Assembly (NCBI RefSeq): GCF_027921745.1
Contig: NC_079239.1
Location: 1,860,001 to 1,924,000 of the forward strand
Source: Schizosaccharomyces osmophilus
Taxonomy: Eukaryota
Length of the DNA: 64,000 nucleotides
Reading direction: 5' to 3'
The position numbers and the translations under genes were made by a program. This document shows, in pieces, positions 59,401 to 64,000 of the stretch (within the stretch, counting starts at the first letter, position 1; each line of letters opens with the position of its first letter). The notes below the pieces were generated by a model. That model was not told where the DNA came from. It searched no databases and saw only the letters and a list, made by a program, of their open reading frames with translations.

Positions 59401-59790
59401 AGAGTTTTGCAGCGCAAGGAATGTTTCGACATTTTCATCCTTGTTTTCGGCGAAACTTCCATCTAAAGAATTATCGTAGAAAATATTTATAGCAGTCTCT
59501 ACGTCCCCATTCGAGGCATCGTAAAGACCTTTCATTTTGCTTTTAGGTACAACTTCTTCACCAAGGATTGACCTTATGCTGAACTCAAAGGAATTAGGAG
59601 AGTCTACTTCCGCATTGTTTTTATCTACCAATTCCTGGGTATCTCCAGGGCTATTTTGTTTAGGACCCGATGCTCCTACGATAGAGACAGGAGATTCTCG
59701 TTCATCTTCATGGAAAAAGCGAGGAGGGGATTCTCGTTCATCTTTGGTTTCAGTTTCAAAGCCATGATTTTCGCCAGGGCTTCGTTTCAT
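56464..59790 (-). CDS. rad8: Rad5/HLTF-family SNF2 translocase with HIRAN and RING domains
   Basis: GGILADEMGLGKT, VILDEGH, C3HC4 RING (CPICC..CKH..C..C..CHTC), FSQF, QAIDRVYRLGQ. First ATG at 59790. Confidence 0.95.
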   Translation of the reverse strand: MKRSPGENHGFETETKDERESPPRFFHEDERESPVSIVGASGPKQNSPGDTQELVDKNNAEVDSPNSFEFSIRSILGEEVVPKSKMKGLYDASNGDVETAINIFYDNSLDGSFAENKDENVETFLALQNSQRIESTTRQKDKEIPTSEADDSSPVNSQAKNHNIARSSPRNASLTSFSFLTKSNQVRKYVGCFGVEAYSIVSGSHILQAGERAYLERQKAPTKTQYRNSRKRSKTNNSSGLAYTNSIRFLNSDHKEIGKLPSENAHVLCTLMSQKLWSFEASCIYADDFLHLGSNVTLQIYCFLDISHPSLNQSPFSAKTAFIEDDPAAFIDTQNKRDHLLRLFSWIALEPYTENSVAGSNVQINDLLLSSSSSANPTVSETSSSDVTEDDDAVNEQLSTLYDRTRLNEANLPSHAIPEGFRLDLREYQKQALYWMCQREKGDAKVETSSNLHPLWSQFLFPMDPELSPEDYHFSKDDEPHRFFVNLYTGDITLVFPSMTPYHRGGILADEMGLGKTIEMLSLIHARRSSDVVEKSIEKSPFSNRLPKAAKTTLVVAPMSLLDQWQSEAVKVSNINSFKTLVYYGSDTSTNLQSLATNSAPDLVITSYGVLLSESSNTPDASGLFSVHWHRVILDEGHSIKNPSSKTAKACYAISAQNRWVITGTPIVNKLDDLYSMIKFLQIEPWCNYNYWRTFVSVPYEAKDILKALNVVQSILEPLVLRRTKETKDISGSPIVCLPDRKIETIYLEFSEAERRIYDSLYVKAKSRVHESIATGTLFKNYTAILGLLLRLRQACCHPLLLSKAVEKKDNEVEQEINSNELHDLIWMFASKKTLIPDYIREIPDMDALNTLAPECPICCSEPIQDPVVLKCKHVCCRGCLKDHIGYQNKRDISPPLCHTCRQPFEADDVYEPREIRSTGFTLKDKSLQWNHWNRYQSIKVLVLLEYIQKILSNPSSDKIVIFSQFTGFLDYIGEILNTLRIKHSRFDGRMSQEQRSMSLEQFRNDPTINVLNISLKAGGLGLNLTCANHVLMMDPWWSWSVESQAIDRVYRLGQEKQVVVTRFIVRDSVEERMLKVQERKKFLAGTLGMSKEEQQIQSLEDIQTLFA

Positions 59791-60585
59791 AATTTTCACA
59801 ACTTAAAAACAAAGAAACCCAGCAAAAATCAATATAAATGAAGTCGCCCTTTGATAAAAACAGAGAAACCAAGAATAAAGAATCAAAAGCAGAAAAAATG
59901 AAAGCAATTAGAAGTAGAAGCGATCACGCTGATTGCTGTATAGGTTGTTATGGTCGTACAGTATATGAATCATTAGCGAAAATGAAGAGCAACGAGAGAA
60001 AACAACTCTTTTTTAGCACATCTGCTTCCAATGGATAAAGAAATAGATTTAATTGACTATCTAAACAAGACTGACTGAATAGTCTGCGAATGTTATGTCT
60101 GCTAAAGGCAACTTTTGTTTGCTTCACCAGTTTGGACGTTTTAGCGAGACTTCACTAAATCAATTAAGACTTTAGAAGTTGGTTTAATCTTTTAGTAAAC
60201 AGTGAGGATTGTCTTGTCAATTGATTTTTAAATTTTAGTCAGTAAGCTTGACCTGAAACCAGCTCAGAGGCAAGCATTCAGCCATATCCATCTTAACTGC
60301 ACCCACAATGCAAAGGATAGGATAGACATTGTTTCAAAGCCCGCATAATTTCGTACGTCGATTACTATGAAAAGACTCACACACGAAAAGAATGCATCAA
60401 ATCCACGTTACTACTACAAGTCAACGATCAATACTACTTGCTACGGTTATCTTACTTATATTGAATAAAAACCAATCAAGCTTTCTTTTTTTACGCTAAA
60501 ATCATTATAGCTCACTACACCCTTACGCGGGTTACACGACCAGCACGTATACAACCAAAAGATCACACGTTTTTTATTAAGAACT

Positions 60586-61344
60586 TTAAACAGACTCCAT
60601 AGGAGCAACATCACTGACGACCTTGGTACCAACGTCCTGAGACTCACCGTGTTGTTCAAGGAGTCTTTGAGCATCATGTCTGGGAGACTTCAAGATCTTA
60701 ACCTTACGAACGAGGACGTTCTGCAAAGGGTAGATTCCATGAGTAGCCTTCTCGATAGCGCGGCCAATGACTTCAGGCATCAACTTTTGAACAAGCTCCT
60801 TCAAAGAGCAAGAAGCAGTTTGGTTTTGAATGACCTGGAACATCTTTTGGCGGATAGCGCGGATTTGAGAAGATTGAGCATAAGTAGCCTTCTTGACTTG
60901 GTTGGGGCGGCGGCTAGTGAAACCAACAACGAAGACACGGCAAAGGTAGCCATCAGTGGTCTTGATAGTTTGGTCGGCCTCAATGGTAGTTTGCCACTTG
61001 CGGACAAGAGAACGCAACTTGTCGGAAGTTAAGCTAAGACCATTGAAGCTGGTAAGGCAGTTCTTACCTTGCACATCCTCAACACGAAGTCTGACCTTAC
61101 GGAAAGAGTGTTCCTCATCCTTTTGAAGATCAGCAAGAGAGACCTCCATACAACGACCCTTTAAGGCATCGTTGGCATTCTTCAAACCGGCGGTACGGTT
61201 GACAAGGGTCTTACCGACATTCTTAACTTCGAAGAAGGAAGGAGCCTTGATTTCGTACCAGTCCTTACGGGCGAAAGGATCAACGGCACGTTTTTTAATT
61301 CCCTTCTTGCCTTTAGAAAGTCTTTTATTCTTACCAACTGCCAT
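60586..61344 (-). CDS. rps1: 40S ribosomal protein S1 (eS1/S3a)
   Basis: [15 protein letters not shown]...; intronless with strong codon bias. Confidence 0.98.
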   Translation of the reverse strand: MAVGKNKRLSKGKKGIKKRAVDPFARKDWYEIKAPSFFEVKNVGKTLVNRTAGLKNANDALKGRCMEVSLADLQKDEEHSFRKVRLRVEDVQGKNCLTSFNGLSLTSDKLRSLVRKWQTTIEADQTIKTTDGYLCRVFVVGFTSRRPNQVKKATYAQSSQIRAIRQKMFQVIQNQTASCSLKELVQKLMPEVIGRAIEKATHGIYPLQNVLVRKVKILKSPRHDAQRLLEQHGESQDVGTKVVSDVAPMESV

Positions 61345-61399
61345 TGCGTTTTGGTGTTAGAAGGAACTCTACTCCTTCTGTCCAGACAAGAAGCACTGG

Positions 61400-61407
61400 T
61401 GTGACTG
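61400..61407 (-). promoter_or_regulatory. Homol D box of the rps1 promoter
   Basis: TGTGACTG on + is CAGTCACA on the gene strand, 56 nt upstream of the ATG. Confidence 0.85.
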
Positions 61408-62254
61408 CTTTTTTGGCAGCATAAGAAATGTCACACCCCAAAACATTCGTAATGAAAAAATGTAAACAAAAAATATAACCAAATAAATAAATAAAAATAA
61501 ATATATAAAATTAAATATATAAAAATCACTATTTTTCCTGTCATTGTTAGATTTTTTGTTTTGTAATGTATTCAGACATAGACAAACGCAAAGCGATGTT
61601 TCACTTTTTACTTGTCAAACCAATTCACTTCATTGAAAGCTACAGCACATTTAATTCCAGCAATGCTATTCGTTTCTTTCCTTCTGCCCAGGGTGTACTG
61701 ACTTGAAATGTTTTGGGTCAATAGTATAAACAAATAAAAGAAAGAGAAATCATTCAATTCTATCGGGTTCAAACGTATCTTTGTAAAAAATTTGTTCAAG
61801 AAATAAAAATAAAAAATAAAAAATCTATTCATGTACCAATGTCGTAAGGACTATCCAAACCTTTAATAGAATTCAGTTGCTATTGCTACATTGTGAATAG
61901 ATGGAAGCTATTTTTATTAAATTTCGTCACAAATCTATAAGCATTTAAAAAAAATAATTAAAGCATATTTATGTAACTAAAATGTACTAGCCTATTATTT
62001 CATGTTCCTCTGTTTACATTGCTCTATTAGGACTACCACTATAACTCTGTCTACACCGCATTAGTAAACGGAGGTTTTAGTCGCTCTTTTCATACGTTTC
62101 CTCGGTGCTCTTCTATTATAATATACGCTAAAGTATAGAATCCCCTTTTTGAGTGGATGAATAAGAATTTACTCAAATGTGAGTAGTATAAACAAAACGT
62201 ACAAATCCTCCTTTCTATTTTTTTTTTTGATTAAGTGGTATAGAGTCCTTTAGA

Positions 62255-64000
62255 ATGAAATTTATATATCTCGTCAATTGTTGTTTACAATTACTCGGTA
62301 TCTTCATTTTCCTTTTAGGATTTTTCCCTCACAAAAATGATTCCACGGGGATTGCCAAGAATAACCCATATGCACCTCCGGCTGTAGTTGATCGGGTTAT
62401 TTTTATTGTCGTTGATGCGTTTCGCTCCGATTTTGCCTTTTCTGAATCTTTTCACATGCCGTTTCTGCAATCCATTGTCTTCAATACCACCCATGGCTTA
62501 GGTTTCTCATCGTACGCTAGATCCCCTACTGTTACAATGCCTAGATTGAAAGCTCTTACGACAGGAACCGTTCCCGGGTTTTTGGATATCTTGCTAAATA
62601 TAGCAGAATCGGAAGCCACCTCAAGTTTAACCGGCCAAGATAGCTGGCTACACCAGCTAAACGTTCACGACAAAAAGATTTCCTTCTATGGAGATGATAC
62701 ATGGCTTAAGCTTTTTCCTAATGCCTTTACTAACTACGAAGGAACTACTAGCTTTTATGTTGCTGATTATACAGAGGTTGATAATAATGTTACTAGACAC
62801 TTCGATCATTTGCTCCCTTCTTCATTTGATGCACTTTCCTGGAATACTTTAATTCTTCACTACCTTGGTGTAGATCATATCGGCCATTTTCAAGGCCCCT
62901 CTAGTCCTTTAATGAATACAAAATTAAAGGAGCTAGATCAGATTGTTGCTTCTCTGTACCGTTACCTCGAAGAATATGACCGGCTTACCAATAGTCATTC
63001 TATGATTTTCTTGGTCGGTGATCATGGGATGAATGAGTTGGGAAATCATGGAGGCTCTTCAGTGGGTGAAACAACTGCCGCTCTTTCTATGCTATTTCCC
63101 TCTCTGGATGTCTTCCAAAAGAATTCACTTCACGAACCGCCTCCAGAAAATCCGTATCAACTTATGACTATGGTGGAGCAAGTTGATATCGTTCCTACAT
63201 TATGCTTACTTTCAGGTATTCCCATACCGAAAAGTAGTGTTGGCCGTATTGTTTCACCTGCTATTCAGCTTTGGGAATCGAAGGTTGAAGCGAAGAATGC
63301 TCTACTAAGTAACCTGTATCAATTGCTATCACTTAAGCATTCTTTTGAAAAAACTTTCAAACTTGTAGCTGAATATCAACATTTAAGTAACAATGAAATA
63401 TTGGATGCTTTGCAGCAAATACAGCAAGAACTCGTTGTCAAATCGTCCGATTACTCGTTAAGGAAAATGGCTTTTGGAATTACGATACTAGGTTTATGTA
63501 CAATTTTCAATTTGTGTTTTACTCTTATGGAGTACTCTGTTCTTGACATATTGCACTTTACGCCTTTCGTTGTTTTGACAATTGTCTATATGTTTTCAAG
63601 CAGCTTTATCGAAGAAGAACACGTTCTTTGGTATTTCTCGTGTCTTTCGTTAATTTTTTTTCAAGTTCTTGATCAAGCCTCTCTATCAACCACTGGTTAT
63701 CAATTGTGCTTGCTCGGCATTATTATTAGGTGGAATCAAACAGGTCAGAAACATGCCGATCTTCGTGATTTGGTCGATGATTATATAATTCCAAGTCCTT
63801 TTCTTAAAATTGTACTATGTATTGGTTCCAGCTTTATACCCTCTTTTCGTTCACCGTCTCCATTCTCATTTCTTTCTTCTTTTTTGGTTGCAACGTACAA
63901 ACTTTTGTCTGATAATTCTCTTCAAGTTCCTTTGCTTTCTTCAACTGAATCAATTGATCAAGCATCGGTTGCACAACTAATTTGGTGCACTTTAATTGCT
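62255..64000 (+). CDS. gpi7: GPI ethanolamine-phosphate transferase 2 (PIG-G/Gpi7), 3' truncated by window end; not in ORF track
   Basis: ATG 62255 MKFIYLVNCCLQLLGIFIFLLGFFP; VVDAFRSDF, PPTVTMPRLKALTTG, YGDDTWLKLFP, HYLGVDHIGH, GDHGM..GNHGG; frame appears open to the window end. Confidence 0.92.
   Translation, partial: MKFIYLVNCCLQLLGIFIFLLGFFPHKNDSTGIAKNNPYAPPAVVDRVIFIVVDAFRSDFAFSESFHMPFLQSIVFNTTHGLGFSSYARSPTVTMPRLKALTTGTVPGFLDILLNIAESEATSSLTGQDSWLHQLNVHDKKISFYGDDTWLKLFPNAFTNYEGTTSFYVADYTEVDNNVTRHFDHLLPSSFDALSWNTLILHYLGVDHIGHFQGPSSPLMNTKLKELDQIVASLYRYLEEYDRLTNSHSMIFLVGDHGMNELGNHGGSSVGETTAALSMLFPSLDVFQKNSLHEPPPENPYQLMTMVEQVDIVPTLCLLSGIPIPKSSVGRIVSPAIQLWESKVEAKNALLSNLYQLLSLKHSFEKTFKLVAEYQHLSNNEILDALQQIQQELVVKSSDYSLRKMAFGITILGLCTIFNLCFTLMEYSVLDILHFTPFVVLTIVYMFSSSFIEEEHVLWYFSCLSLIFFQVLDQASLSTTGYQLCLLGIIIRWNQTGQKHADLRDLVDDYIIPSPFLKIVLCIGSSFIPSFRSPSPFSFLSSFLVATYKLLSDNSLQVPLLSSTESIDQASVAQLIWCTLIA

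Noticed and set aside
59693..59744. 16-nt direct repeat encoding DERESP twice in the rad8 N-terminus
   Set aside because: Small in-frame duplication in a disordered region; no evidence of special function.
1..64000. Transposons, LTRs, wtf drivers, 5S rDNA
   Set aside because: No reverse-transcriptase/integrase ORFs, LTR pairs, wtf-like exon structure or 5S sequence recognised by eye; a degenerate solo LTR could have been missed.

Overview
Eukaryotic, AT-rich, gene-dense window from a fission yeast (Schizosaccharomyces). The proteins diverge from the S. pombe sequences as I recall them, so it is probably from the S. octosporus/cryophilus/osmophilus group. Support: short GTANGT..CTAAC..YAG introns and Homol D/E ribosomal-protein promoter boxes. 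Left part (1-27.3 kb) is housekeeping: mvp1 (3' part), nde2, pcu4, sod22, a membrane dipeptidase, rpt5, an intron-containing tRNA-Arg(CCG), gim1, pkl1, aar2, rps14, pol1 and rpl7. Middle part (28-56 kb) is an accessory/metabolic block: 5-oxoprolinase, a KIX-like orphan, a C2H2 transcription factor, an MFS transporter, a DUF1445/YcsI protein, a histidine phosphatase, an Old Yellow Enzyme, an MdaB-like quinone reductase, adh4, a bacterial-type panB-panC pair only 20 bp apart, a GT8 galactosyltransferase, a secreted Kex2-processed Cys-rich protein and an ftm-family membrane protein. Right end: rad8, rps1 and gpi7 (truncated). Best candidates for an undescribed system: (i) a 5-oxoproline/D-glutamate utilisation cluster with its own TF and a shared GGAGC promoter motif, (ii) a horizontally acquired panBC operon that kept operon spacing, and (iii) a killer-toxin-like prepro-protein next to a membrane protein. 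Orthology and synteny statements come from recalled knowledge, not from a search.
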